A stretch of DNA of 64,000 bases from assembly GCA_016748015.1 (NCBI GenBank), contig JAAOMT010000494.1, forward strand, positions 1 through 64,000. Reading direction: 5' to 3'. Each line of letters starts with the position of its first letter. The stretch's first letter is position 1. This document shows, piece by piece, positions 26,171 to 39,800 of this stretch. Below the pieces are notes generated by a model. It was not told where the DNA came from and made no database searches. It worked only from the letters and a program-made list of their open reading frames with translations. The stretch is from Geosiphon pyriformis uo1. Taxonomy: Eukaryota; Fungi; Glomeromycota. Both the position numbers and the translations under genes were made by a program.

Positions 26171-27346
26171 GAGTCTTATTAATCCGTTCGGTTTAGCCTA
26201 AAATGAATTTTATTTGTTTATTATCTCAAAACTTTCAATTATATAGATTGTAATTTATATAATTTAGAGATATTAACAAAGATGTTAGTAACCACTTTGA
26301 CTTAGTAAGTCATAAGCTTTTTATATTAGTTTTAGATTAAGTATGAATTTTTAAACCAATTTGTGGTGCTTATTTATTAAAAACAATTTTCTTAATTTTA
26401 TTTTGTTATTACAGAGTTTTTTGGCTTTAAATTTTTTATAATAAATAGATTAATTAACAAATTTTCTTTAATTTTAATATGTTAAAATAACCAAAAATTA
26501 ATAATGTTTGCATTTTATGACATAATAATTATTTATATAATATAAATAATATATATTTTGTTAAAACAAAATTTTTAATTAATATATTTAACTTTAAAGC
26601 AATTATAATTAGAAATTCACATAATTGCAACTTTAAATTATATAAATATAATTAATTACAACTAATGTAGTAGTTATTTACCATTTCATTTCTGTTTTAA
26701 ACACAGCTTTAAATTTAATAATCAGAATATAATTGATTAAAATTTGTAATAAATTTATTTGTTAATCCAATTTTTCCAATCTATTCTGCCCATTAAAAAA
26801 TTTCGAAGCCTTTAATTTTCACTATTTAACTTGTTATAATAAACATGGGATTTTTCACTTCTGTTTAGCAGTGATCCCGTGACTCGAGAATTTATTAAAC
26901 AATTTTAAGCTTTTAAGGAAGACAAAGTTTCAGAGAATCTTTACGCGAATTCTTGTCCGTTTATACCTTAAAAACTTATATTTGACAGGAAAGTTTTCCC
27001 AAAGCAAAACTACTTTTCATTTAACACTTTGAAAAAGTCTTTTGGGGACTTCTTTACCAACTCATTTGCTTTAACGAAGTATTGGTTTTTTCCTTGCTAC
27101 AGTTGGCGAGGATATGGGTTATTGTTTGTTGTTTGGCATTCCTATATGTTGATCACAGCCGTTTCTATTAAGAAATGCGTGCCGATCAAAAATTTAGGTG
27201 ACATGCCGCCTGACTAATATAGAAGCGGCAAGCACTATATGAGAAGTTTTACCTGTCCTTTTTTTCTACCACTATTTCAGTTCACCTTATCGTTCCTTCT
27301 TCAGTCTTGGTTTTAATAATAAAAAGGAATTTAACACTTCTTCAAA

Positions 27347-28961
27347 ATGAGCGCGGAAGCGAGAAAAGCTCTGGAGGCATGGCTTTAATTACCAAGTCAC
27401 AATTTGGCCCACGTTGCCGAACCTGAAAGCTGATACCTTCTTTTATTATCAGGCGTTGATGGGGTCGGAAGCTTTGGGTGGTGTGTCCGATAATATAAAA
27501 TTCTGGGAAACCGAAGTTTGTAGAAACTATTTGTGTGGACTATGCCCGCACGATCTTTTCACGTTAGTCTTTATTATTAAGGCTTTGATTGCCTTATTGC
27601 TTTACGCTTCATTGCTTAATATAAACCATGATCTTTATCATCGCTCGTGAAAATTTGGGGTTGCAGCAACACGGTATGTCCCTAATCTTTATATTTTGTT
27701 TCTCATTAATGTACTCCCTATTGATTTATCTTCCTTCTATGATTGCTTGATAGAAAATGGATCTTGGTTCGTGCCCTAAAGTTCATTCGGAACGTTTAAA
27801 AATGGAATATGAGGAGGCTAGACAGAAAAATGAATACAATTTCGAGACAGAGTTTGAACGTAACCTGGCAATTTTTGTCCAAGACTGTGATCGGAAGATT
27901 TCAAGTGCACAAAGGCGATTAGATAAAACACCAGAAGACAGTGCAAAAACAACAAGATTGGTAAAAATTAGAATATAAATTAAACTATATCAAATATTGA
28001 GCAATAGTTGTTAACACATGTTATTTAAAGATCCAGGAAATAGCTGAATTAGAAAATGATATTTCAGAATTGACAAAAGAGGTCGAAGTTCTTGGTAATA
28101 TTCTAATCACTTGGAATAAACGAAGCCGACCATGTATCATGCGCTTTTCATATATATTGCATGATGCATCTATTCACAGGGGAAGAAGGAAAGGTAACAG
28201 AATCGATGAAGATATTGCAAGATGTAGAAGCCAAGAAAGCCATTAAGACGGAGAAGGAGGTTAGAGATTTTTAACAAGTACTAGTTTCCCGAAAAATATC
28301 CATAATAATGGGGTTTTTTAACAGAAAGATCTTAAAAACTCTGCTGAAGGAGGAGGCCCTTCTCAACAACAAAAATTGCGAGTATGCGAAATTTGCAGTG
28401 CTTATTTGTCCATTTTTGATTCAGATCGCCGGTAAGAGAGTTCTTCAGATAATTAAAGTTTTTTTTTCATTCACTTTTTAATTTTATTTATTTTAGTTTG
28501 GCTGATCACTTTGGGGGCAAGGTACGAATTCTTATATTCGTCATTTGAAGGAGATTTACATAGATTCACTTAGGATCGTGTTTTCATAGATGCATATTGG
28601 ATATTTAAAAATAAGAGATCTGTTGAAAGAGCTTCGCGAAAAAAGCAATAAATCTCGGAGTGAAAGCAGAGAAGAGCCTCGACCCCCATACAATGATCGT
28701 GACCGAGATCGAGGGTATGAACGCGATAGGCGAGATCGTGGGCGTCATGATTAGTATGTCATGAATATTTTTTTTCAACCTGTTTCTTCATAAGATATCT
28801 AAATATTCTTTGATTTTTTTTACACAAGTGATCGTCGCCCATCATATGAACGTCGCTCACGATCTAGATCACTTGAGCGACGTTCAGGTGGCTACGGAGG
28901 TGTTTCTGGTGGTGGAGGTCGGAGACGGTCACGTTCCCCCCAAACTCGAAGAAGATATTAA
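27347..28961 (+). CDS. LUC7: U1 snRNP-associated splicing factor Luc7, multi-exon
   Basis: ZnF1 VCRNYLCGLCPHDLFTNTKMDLGSCPKVH, ZnF2 QQKLRVCEICSAYLSIFDSDRRLADHFGGKMHIGY, and an RS/RD-rich tail. Stop at 28959-28961. Confidence 0.95.
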
Positions 28962-29599
28962 TGAAAAATAAATCCAACAAAACTGACTATAGACTTTCGG
29001 GTAAATAATATCTCTGCCTTTCAAACCACTTCTATTTTATAGCGTGTTATTTACTTTTGGCGTCGACCATTAAGACATACGATAAAAATTGATTGGGAAC
29101 TATACTCATTTTGCTCTTGTTTTTTAGCGAAAAAACCTGAACGCGCAATTGCTATCAAACCAATAGCTTCCTGTCCATTTATGATCGATCAACCATATAT
29201 CAGCTTTTTCTGCTAGCTGCTACTAATTAATAATTTCCGACTTCCTAACATTGTTAGCGATCAATCATTCGCCAATGGTTAATTAATAAATTGGCTTCAG
29301 GGTTTTTTCATTCCCAAATTGAATTTTGTGTTGAATGGTAGATGATAACGTTTTGTTACGAGTCTGCATTCAAATTTAAGGTTCTTTTTCAAAAATAATT
29401 GAAAAGCTCAAGAAGAATCAACTTCATGTTTTATACTGAAATTTCGAATATCAATTTTTTAGATCAAGAAATTTTAATAATTTTTGTAAATTGTTTTTAT
29501 TTTTGTTAAGAATGTATACCTTAATTTTGTTAACATTTTTTATTTTATTTTAAATAAGCTTGTTAACCAAAGTAGGTTAAAACAATTTAACTGTATTTT

Positions 29600-30230
29600 T
29601 TATTGAAAGTTGTTTTGGATTCAGGCTTGAAAGTTATTAACAGTTTACTGAAATTGGTAGCTAATTAATTTCAAAATATTAGTATAAAATAATTAATTTT
29701 AAAGCAATAATAATTAAGGAATTTTATGTTTTTCAAGTAAGTTTTATTAAAGTTGATTTATAAAAAAGATTATTTTAATAAAAGATATTTGATAAATAAT
29801 AATTTTAAATTAAGATACATTTTTTCGAAAAAAAAAGCTTTTTTTTTATACAATTTGTTATAATACTATTTTATAATTTATTCTTCTTCTTTTTTTTTAA
29901 TATTTTAGTAAACTAAAAATATATTTTGTTAAACTATAAGTTATTTCTGTGAATTATAGATTATTTTAATAAACTATTAAATATTTTGTTGAATTACTAA
30001 ATATTTTGGTAAATTTTGAATGTTATATAGTTTGGCATATTGCATAATCTGATCATTACAATCTGGTTATATTTGTGTTCTGTACAAATCAGATTATTAA
30101 TTGAATAATAATTCGGATAATTTAATAAGATAATAAGTAATAAATTAAAATAATAATATATATTAGTTAATGATAAAAATTATAAGAATAATATTATGCC
30201 AATTAATATCTCAAATTTCGACTGGTAATA
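29600..30230 (-). mobile_element. partial family-2 LTR
   Basis: Collinear with 41840-42455 (AAAGTTGTTTTGRATTCAGGCYTGAAAG...CTGGTAATA). Confidence 0.85.
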
Positions 30231-30239
30231 GCATCTATG

Positions 30240-33200
30240 TCTGTATATAATTTTTTTATAAATAAAGTTAATAATTAAAATAATAGTTTAGTTTAAAGTT
30301 GCTTTGGTTTCTATTTATTTTGTTAAGTAGTTAATTACTGTTATAATATATTTATTTTATTAAAAATTACTATTAAAAATCTTACAATATCAATTTTAAT
30401 TTTATTAAAAAGTTGTTTAATAAATATAAAATAAATTTTTTAATTGAATTTATTTTTTTATTAACATTACATAATTTGTTATATTTCTTTTTAATGTTAG
30501 CCAATAATATTTTGTTAATATTTTTTAAATGATTTTTATTTTTCCGAAATGTTTTGCTAAAAAATTAATATATATATTATATATTATAATTTTTTTTCTT
30601 AAATTAAATAACTTTTTGTAATTAGTTAAAGTTTTTTGGTTTTTTTAATATAATTAATTTTGGCAGATTAAATAAAAATTTAATTGTCTTTGCAAATAGT
30701 TTTTTTGTTATTAATTATATTTTGGCAGATATTGTTTTTTGCTTAAAAATTTAATAAGTGCTAAATAGTTTTTTAAGTTTATTATTATTGTTAATTTAAA
30801 GTATTTTACTAATAATTAAATTGATTAGTATTGTTAATTTGTTTACTTTACTGGATAAACAATTAAAATAGAGTATCTGTGTTTTAATTGTTTGTTTTTT
30901 ATAATATTTAATATTATATTTATATTTATTTAAATATATAATTTAATAAAAAAGTTTTTTGTGATTTAGTTTTTTTTTGTTTTTTAATTAAACTAAAACT
31001 TAATAATTAGTATAAATATTAAATTTTTTTTTCATAAAATATTTGTTTTAGTAATTAGTAAATTATACTATTATTAAGTATTTTTTTTTAATAATTATAT
31101 AGTTTTTTTCTGCTTGTTGTAAGATTTTATTATTATAAACTATATTTTTTGTTTTTTTAAAATAAAACAGCACCAACAAAAATATTAAAGACATTATTAA
31201 TGTAAAAAATAAATGACTTGTTAAAGTTAAATTGTTTTAAGATAAATTTAATAATTAGTTTTTTTAAAAGTTTCAAATATTTTTTGTTAAAAAGTATTTT
31301 AATAGTAATTAACATTTTTTTGTAAAAACTGATTAAGAAAATAAGCAATTTTAAAAATATTTTTAATTAATAAAAGATCAATTTAAGAATATTTATTAAT
31401 TATCTAAGTTTTTATATTTTTTTAATTTTTGCTGAATTTAAAAATATTTTATTTTTTATTACAAAATATTTTAAAAACTGGATAGATTGTTGTTTAAAAT
31501 AAAATTAAGTTTGAATTTAATATTTATAAAAAAATCAAAAACTTTTTAAAGTTTCAAATATTTATTTTAAGTTTTTAAATATATAATTATATTGTTGAAA
31601 TATACAAATCACTCTTTATTAGTGAATTACCAATCTTCATTGCCAAAAAGGATGAATTTCATCAATATTTAGGTATTTTTCTCTCAACTAAGGGTCTTTC
31701 GAAGTCTAGTTTGGCTAAGGCAAATTCAGATGTTCGTTTTTTCATCAATCTGGTTCTAAAAAAGACTATTTTGAATAAACAGCTCTTGTATTTGGTATCA
31801 GTGGTTCTTTATCTTATAGTTAATTATAGAATGCAATTCAGCTTTATTTCTGTTGATATGTACAACAAATGGAATGCTCTGATTTGCAAAAGCTTAAAGC
31901 TCAAATCTGGTCTACTGTTTTACTTTCCTAGCAACACAATTAACTACTCTTCCTTTTATGATTTGAAATTTTTCTTACAGATTCAGTCTGAGAGTAAAGT
32001 TGCTTTCTTAGTTAATTTTATGAACTCTGATAGAGTCTTAAGTCACTTGTTTTCTCACAAGTCTCATGACTTACAAGTTTTGTGTTGGTGTCCTGTTCAT
32101 CTGTTGAGTTTTTTTGTCCATATGTGTGTCAATACTTCAAATAATCTTCTGGTGGGCATGGTTCACATTCTTCTTAATTGCAATTTGTCTCTGGGTGGCT
32201 TTTTGGCCAATTTTTTTTGGTTTCATGGTGGAACTTTTATGTCTACTATTCTGAATAAGTCTAGATTTCTCAAGTTTCTTTTTTCTCTCCATCAGTATGG
32301 TGTAGCTTTTGTGGATCAACTTTGAAATCATTATGGTGCTGTTTTTGACTGGTGTACTTTCAGGTGGTAGAAGAGACTAAATCTCTGTGGCCCTGTTCTT
32401 AATTGGTTCAAGATTTTTGTAGCATTTCTCAATAGTTTAGCTCCCTCCTTTGTTCATCTCTTGGGTTCAAATGGAATTGGTTATTGGAGCATTCTTAGCT
32501 TTAATAATTTTGCATTTATTTGCAACTATCTTTCTTGAGTTAGTTCTGGTAGTTTGTCTGTATATACAGATGGGTCTCTAAAAGATTTGGGCACAGTTGG
32601 CTGTAAAACTGGCACTGCTGCTTTTTTTAAGAATATTAATTTGAGTTTGGAAGTTGGTGTATCTGGTTTGATGTCATCAACTATGGCAAAATTACAGGCT
32701 ATTGCATTGGCCCTGGAGTGTGTTTCCGTATCTAGTTCTGTTTACTTGTTTTTGGATAGTCAATTTGCTTTGAATGCTTGTAAATTGGAATTGGGTTTGG
32801 TATGTCCTGATTTTTACAATAAGTGCTAAGTCAAGTGTTGACATATTGTTAATGTCATTTGTAATAAGAATTTAAGGATTAGTTGGCACAAGGTTAAGAG
32901 TCACTTTGGTGTCTTAGGCAATAAACATACTAATGTGATTACTGGTGCTGCCTTTTTTTTTAGTTAACATCTTTCTTTTCACATGGATAAACACTTCATA
33001 GTGGCTGATGATGGTGTTATTTCTGGCAATTCTAGACATTTTGTATGCAATATTTATTATTCTGTTTGTCATGCATGCTGGGAGGTTGGGTCTGGTTTTA
33101 AGTTTTTAATAGGCAGTTTGATTTCCAAGATTGATTGGCTTTGTTCATCTTTAGTGTGGCATTCTGACTCACATATGGCCACTGGTTTCACCAGCAGACT

Positions 33201-36200
33201 TTTGGCTAATATATATACATACTTTATAAAAGCTTTGCACCATCAACTACTGGTTGCTATATGGAAATGCCTTTATAGTAGACTTTATCTTAGTGTGTTA
33301 TGCTTATATTGTGGTGACATTGAGGTGTCAGATTATGTGTTTTCTTGTAGAATTGATGGATCTGTTTAACATCAGATACTGAAACCTTATGTGGACTCCT
33401 AGAAGGTGGTTTCTGGCTTATCTCATTTCTTTTCTGGTGTTTTGCAGCTGCTGTCATCCTGTAGTTCTAATTCCCTTGTATTCATGGCTTTTTATAAGGG
33501 TTTCATTTTTGGTGGTTAGTATTGTGAGGCTGTCTTTGTCTTCTATGATCCTAAGGTTGCTGGTTTGAAGGTTGTCAAATTTGTACAATCTTTTGGTCTA
33601 GCTTTTAGGAATGATGTTTGGTCAGTTCATGCTAAACATTGAGCTTATATGGAGAAGAACAGGTTGATTTTTCTTAATGATTCAGCTATTATTTCAGTTT
33701 CTGGTTTGGTTTTAAGGTTTTCTACTGGAGTGGTCAAATTGCTTGGTATTATTGATGCTTTTGGTATTTGGTTTGACTTTTACAAATCTTGTTTGTTTTT
33801 TTTGAGTATAAGTAATTCAGTTTCAGTTTATATAGCTGTGTAATGTTGTTCTGATTGGCCCAAGTGGCTGGTTACGTGTAAAAAGTGCATGATTCATGCC
33901 TAGTTTAGATCATTTTTTTGATGTATAGCACTAGGTAGTGTTTGGATCTTACTCGTTAAACAAAAAAAAAATATACAAAAACAAACTTTTGGTATTTTAA
34001 TTTAAATACTTTGTTTATTAATTTTTGAAATATAAATAAAATATTTGTTAATTTAAAAAACATAATAATAAATATGGTTTTTTTTGCTAGTAAAATCTAT
34101 TTCTACTTATTAAAATTCAATAGTTAAATTTATTGTTGTAAAATATACTGATTTTTTAAATTAATTAAAAGTATTGCTAATTTTTGAAAGTAAATACATG
34201 TTTTGTTTAATAATAGTATTTAATTATTAATAATTTACATAAAATTATAATTTTTTTTTGAATACTATTATAACAAAAAATGCTTATTTATTTTTGGTTT
34301 TTTGTATAAATCTAAGCTTTTTCATCCAATTTTTTTTTAATGAATTTATTATTTTATTAATTTAATTAATAAGATTTCAAATAAATAAATCATACATTTT
34401 TGGTTTTTATTATATGTTAGATTAAGTTTATTTAACAAAAATATTCTTTTTCTTTTAATATTATTAGTTTATTTTAGATTAACAGATTTTTAATATTAAT
34501 TTTTTGATTGTTTTTATTAAATTTTTTTACTTAATTGTTAAAAATTAAAATTTAAATACTTTTTTTTAAATGTTTTCTGTATAGCTTTAATTTTTTTATT
34601 AAAAATTTAACTAATTAATTTCTAATTTTTAAAAAAAGATAAACAAAATTTGTATTTATTATTTAAGAAATAAAAAAAATTATTATACTAATATTAAATA
34701 TATAAATTATATTATTAATAGTTTTATTTTGTTTTTTTTTCTGATTGTTGTTAAAATATTTTTTTAAACATATTATAATATAGCCAATAAATAAGTTTTT
34801 TATTAACTACTAAGTCTTTATTATTTGCTTACATATTATTTAAGAGTTTTTTATTATTATTAAAAATAATAAAAGCCAATTTTTTTTTAAAATCTTTAAA
34901 ATTATTATTTTTAAATTATAACAAGAAATATTATCTAATATTAACATTTAATTATAATTAATTTGGCTTTATTATAGATTATAAACTTACAAAATTACAG
35001 TTAAAGAGAGTTTTTGCTTTTTTTAACTATTTGTTTTCAAAAATTATAGCATAATTTTTAATTTTAAATACTTTTATATTAATTTTAATACACATATTAT
35101 TAATTTTAATAAGAACAACTTTAACAATTTCTAAGTTATTATTATTATTATTATAAATTTTAATTATAAATTTAATTAATAATTTATTGATTTTTTTTTA
35201 ATTGTATTTAAAAATGCTAAATTATAATACTAATTAAAAAATTATTATTTAGTATTAAGTTTATAAAATATTTAACTATTTATATTTTGTAAATAAAAGA
35301 AATAATATTATTATTAAAAATTAATATTGTTTATTAAAAATGTTTAATTTTATATTGTTTTTTTAGATATTATTGGAATTTTTTTTTGAATTGTAAATGT
35401 ATTATAAACTAACTAAAAACAATGTAAATAGATGTTTTTATTAAATTTTTTACAATTAAATAAGAACTTAATTTCTAATTAATTTTAATAGTTTTAATTT
35501 TAGTAAATATTTAAATACTTTTGATTTTAAAGCTTTATTTTTGTTAATAAATATTAAAACAATAGTAATTTATTGCTATTTTTTTGTAATTTTATGTTAT
35601 TATTAATTAAATAAAAATTAAACAAGAAATTTTTTTTCTTTTAACTTGTATTTTTATTCTTAAAAGATATACTTATAAGTTTAAAAACTAATATTTTGTT
35701 ACTTTAATCAAAGAATCTTTTTTAAAAAAGTTTATATAGGTCTGATTTGTATTTAGATTAAATACTTAATTATTATTAATTTTATTGTTTTACTAATTAT
35801 TATTTTTTAAGTTTAAAGAAAATATTGACAAATTATTGTAATTTTGTATTATATAACTAGTGTTTTTACATTAATAACAAATTGAAAAACTTTGGTTTTT
35901 AAATTTTAAATTATATTAAGATTATTATAGCTAATTATAATAAGTTTAATATTAAAATCTTAAAAATCTTTGATTTTCCTGTTAATTTATCTATTAATTG
36001 TTTATTAAAATTTTGAATATAAGCAGTAAATAATAAAATAATTAATTAAAAAGAAAAAGCAAAATCAAGAATAGTTATTAGAAAAAAAAACATGGTTTTA
36101 AAATATATTTATTAATTAATTTTTATTTTTTAGACTATTTTTATTATTAAGTCTAATATAAAATTATTTTTAATTATAAAAAAAGCCATAGAGCATAAAA

Positions 36201-36830
36201 TAAATTTATTTTTAAGTTTCTAATAAAAAATAGATTTTTTGTTCTTTTGTTTAATTTTTTTCTAAATCTAAATGTTTAATTAATTTCAAATAATTTTAGC
36301 ATATTTTGTAATTACTTTTCTTAAATTTTATATTTTTTTTAATTCTATTCTCTATTTGAATATTAATATTGCAATGTAAAATTTTTTTTTAAATTATATA
36401 GTAAAAAAGATTATATTTTGGCTAATATTTTAGAAAATCATTAAATTATTTGTTAAACTGTTTTTTTAGTAGTTTTTTGAATAAATTATCTAATAAAAAA
36501 TTCTTAAAGATATTTTTCAATTATTTAAAACTTGTAATTATTATTATATTGATTAATTGTAATAATATCTTATATTATTTTATAAAATCTTAGAAGTTTT
36601 TTTAAAATAAAAGTAAAAAATTTATATTTTGATAACTTAAAACAGTTTAAATGTCTTGTAGAATTAATAATATGTTTGTTTTATTTTGTGCAATAATAGA
36701 AATTAGTATTTAGAATAAAAAATTTGAATTATTTAAAAAAGATTTAAAAACAGAAGTTATTTAATAGTTTTTTTGTTTTTAGTTTTTAAAAATAGTTTAA
36801 GTTATTAATAAGTAATTATTTAATTATAAT
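30240..36830 (-). mobile_element. hypermutated AT-rich ghost of a Gypsy pol region, interrupted by a LINE
   Basis: ORF 31157-31348 FILKQFNFNKSFIFYINNVFNIFVGAVLF is what PILKQPDFDKPFILYTDAS..AVGAVLS becomes after C>T/G>A changes. RT-like residue continues across the LINE insertion. Element identity beyond about 34.5 kb is not verified. Confidence 0.65.
31609..33970 (+). mobile_element. 5'-truncated LINE (end of RT, RNase H, C-terminal Cys motif, 3' UTR, poly-A) with target-site duplication
   Basis: QYLGIFL, RNase H YTDGSL/SSTMAKLQAIALAL/FLDSQ/WHKVKSH, CLYCG. Poly-A at 33962-33970. TSD AAATATACAAA at 31598-31608 and 33969-33979. Confidence 0.92.
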
Positions 36831-39800
36831 TTTTTTTTTTTTTTTACATTTAACGAATGAGACTCAAATGTTATCTAACACAATACATCAAACTAAGTGA
36901 TCTAAACTAGACACAAATTATGCATTTTCTACACATAATCAGCCACTCAGACTGATTAGAGCAACACTATAAATCTATTATAACAGATACTACACTATCA
37001 ATACCAGAAAAGAAACAGCAGAGTTTACGAAAACCAAAATGAACACCAAGCATCTCAGCAATCTTAAGCAATCTAACTACTCCAGCCAAAAGCAAAAACA
37101 ACAGACCTTGGATTACAAGAAAAACAGAACCACCATAAAGAATTAAACCATATTTTTCTATAAAGACCCTATATTTGGTCCTAACCAACCATATGTCAAC
37201 ATGGTAAGCAGCACCAAAACTTTGAACAAAGTTAATAATAATCTTCTCTGCAAACTTAGCATCATCCAAAGCAGATACAGCCTTCAGATACCAATCCCTG
37301 AACAAGAAGTCTTTGCTCAAAGTGATGTACAGCACATCATCAGAAGCACACAAAAAAAGCACCTGTAAGATCCAAGACAAAGAGAAACCCAAACTGAACA
37401 TGGCATGCCACTTAGCTAAATAAAAAGCAAGCAGATCCTTATGGATTCCAGAGTCAAATACACACACAAAAGAGTAATCAGAGCTTTCTACCTCCCCACA
37501 ATAAAAACACAAAACACTTGGATAATCCCTATTATACAAGCACTTTCGCACAGTAACTGGTAAGCAATGGTGCAAAGCTTTCAAAAAATACAAGCACAGA
37601 CCAGCAGTAAACTTGTTGGTAAATTCAGCCACTATGTGTGAGTTAAGATACCAGACCAAAGCAGTACAAACCCAATTCACATCACCAATTATATCTTTGT
37701 TAATAACAGCAGAACCAGGTCCAATCTCTTAACAAGTACAATTTACAAACTTAAAAACATCCTGAGCAAAATGCCAAATATTATTAGACACTATCACTCC
37801 ACCAGTCTTAATAAATATATTCTTAATCAAAATAGGAAGCACCAAATTTGAACTTGCAGTAGAATCAGCCAACTTGTATGTTCATTATCCAAAACACCCA
37901 AATGTTTTTTAACCTTATATCAAGAAACACTAAGCTCTTTTTTCCTAATCAGATTTACAACACTATGCCACTCCATCCAGCAATAGTTGCAGAAGTCCAG
38001 AGAAGCTAAAACTAATTCAGCAGCATAAGCATCTAAGGCAGCCTAACTGTTTGAATAAACCACAACAGAACTATGAAAAGGAACACACTTTAAAGCCAAA
38101 GTAATCACTTGTAATTCAGCCAAAGTGGAAAAAACCAACCTGTTAATCCTAATGCCAATACCTAGATCTACATCTAAGAAGTAAGCAGCTACACCACACC
38201 CCATCTTCTGTGTACCAAAATTTTTTAAAGATCTGTCTATGTAAACTTTAACCACATTCAAATTAAAAATGAGAAGACACTGTTTCAGCAAAAAAACACT
38301 ATCAGAACTATCAACATCTAATAACTGGAGTTCAGTATTAGGTAGATCATCATGAAAGGAGAAGTGAGCCAAGAAATTACATGTCAAATTGAACCAATAA
38401 GAGACTGAGCCTCTTGGATTGAGCTTTTTCCAACAATAGAAGCTTTTCTAGTCAAAAATCAAATCCTTTTTGATATATAGCTGTTCAATAAAAGCAATTC
38501 CAAATCACTTGAATGAGCATGAAACTTTATAAAACAAAAGATCTCCTAGAACCGAAAACATTGGTGTTTCACCAGAAAAACTGAATATTATATAAAAAAA
38601 GTTTTCAAGAGACATATCTCAATTCAAAAAAATTTTAACAACACCAGCCAAAAAATTGTTGACTGGACTAATACGTAACTTGACTAGACGACATAAAAGG
38701 TAAACAGACAACTAACTTAAAATCTGTAGATTAAGAAACCTATAAATAAACAAGTGACCCAGAAGCCCACCAGTATTTGAAAAACTCAGCACAGAAGCCA
38801 CTTTGCACTTAGCCTGTAACTGTTCAAAAGACTTCAGACCATACAAAGACAGATGATGAAAAGCCTCATTAGGAAAATTCTTTGGTAGTCCAGTTTTAAG
38901 TCTCAAATTTTTTCTAATTAACATGTTCCACTTAACACACACACTTTTAGGAAGAAAACTAAACTAAGATCTATAACTGACAATGAGTTGTAATACAGTC
39001 AACACCAGATAGAGAAACTGTTTGTCTGAAATAGCCTTCCTTAAAACCAAATTAACAAAGAACCTAACATTTAAATGAGCTTTTACCAAACTGGGTTTGA
39101 ATAAATTTTCAGATAACAAATAAATCCCAAGATATTTATGAGACTCTTTTTTATGAACAATTGAGATCAGTAAATCACTTATTGACAATAATGCTTCCCC
39201 CACTCTTCTATTAATAGGAATAGCCACAGTCTTTTCATTATTAATAAAGATGTTATTTATACTAAAAAACTCATTAGCAATGTCCAGAATGTACTGAGTG
39301 GCAGTCTGACTACTTCTTATCCATATTGTGTTATCAACAAAAGCACCAGCTGTCAAAAATAAAATCAAACCACCTTGGTTTTCTAACCTGCCAGTTTTAG
39401 CAACAAACCTGAAATCAATATGGTATTCACACAAACTCTTCTGTCTTTTAACTTTACATAAAAAGGGATCATAGAAGATTCTCTATAACAAGGAAGAAAA
39501 CACCTTACCCTTGTTAAGACCATCATGCATCCAGTATCCATTAGTCAGGCCAAAATCAGTTATGACATAATTAATATGATCATTGTGAATACCTCCAAAG
39601 AATCTGATAAAACAATCACACATCTTAACTTGAACCAAACTATTCCATAAATGGTGTCAACTCACAGAGTCATAGGTCTTCTACATATTCTGTAAAACAA
39701 GCCAAAGCTCACAATTTTTTTCTAAAGCATTTTTAACAACTAAACTGATAGCAAAATAGAAAATTGGATAGTAGTGTCCTTCAGCACAGAGAAATTGTCA

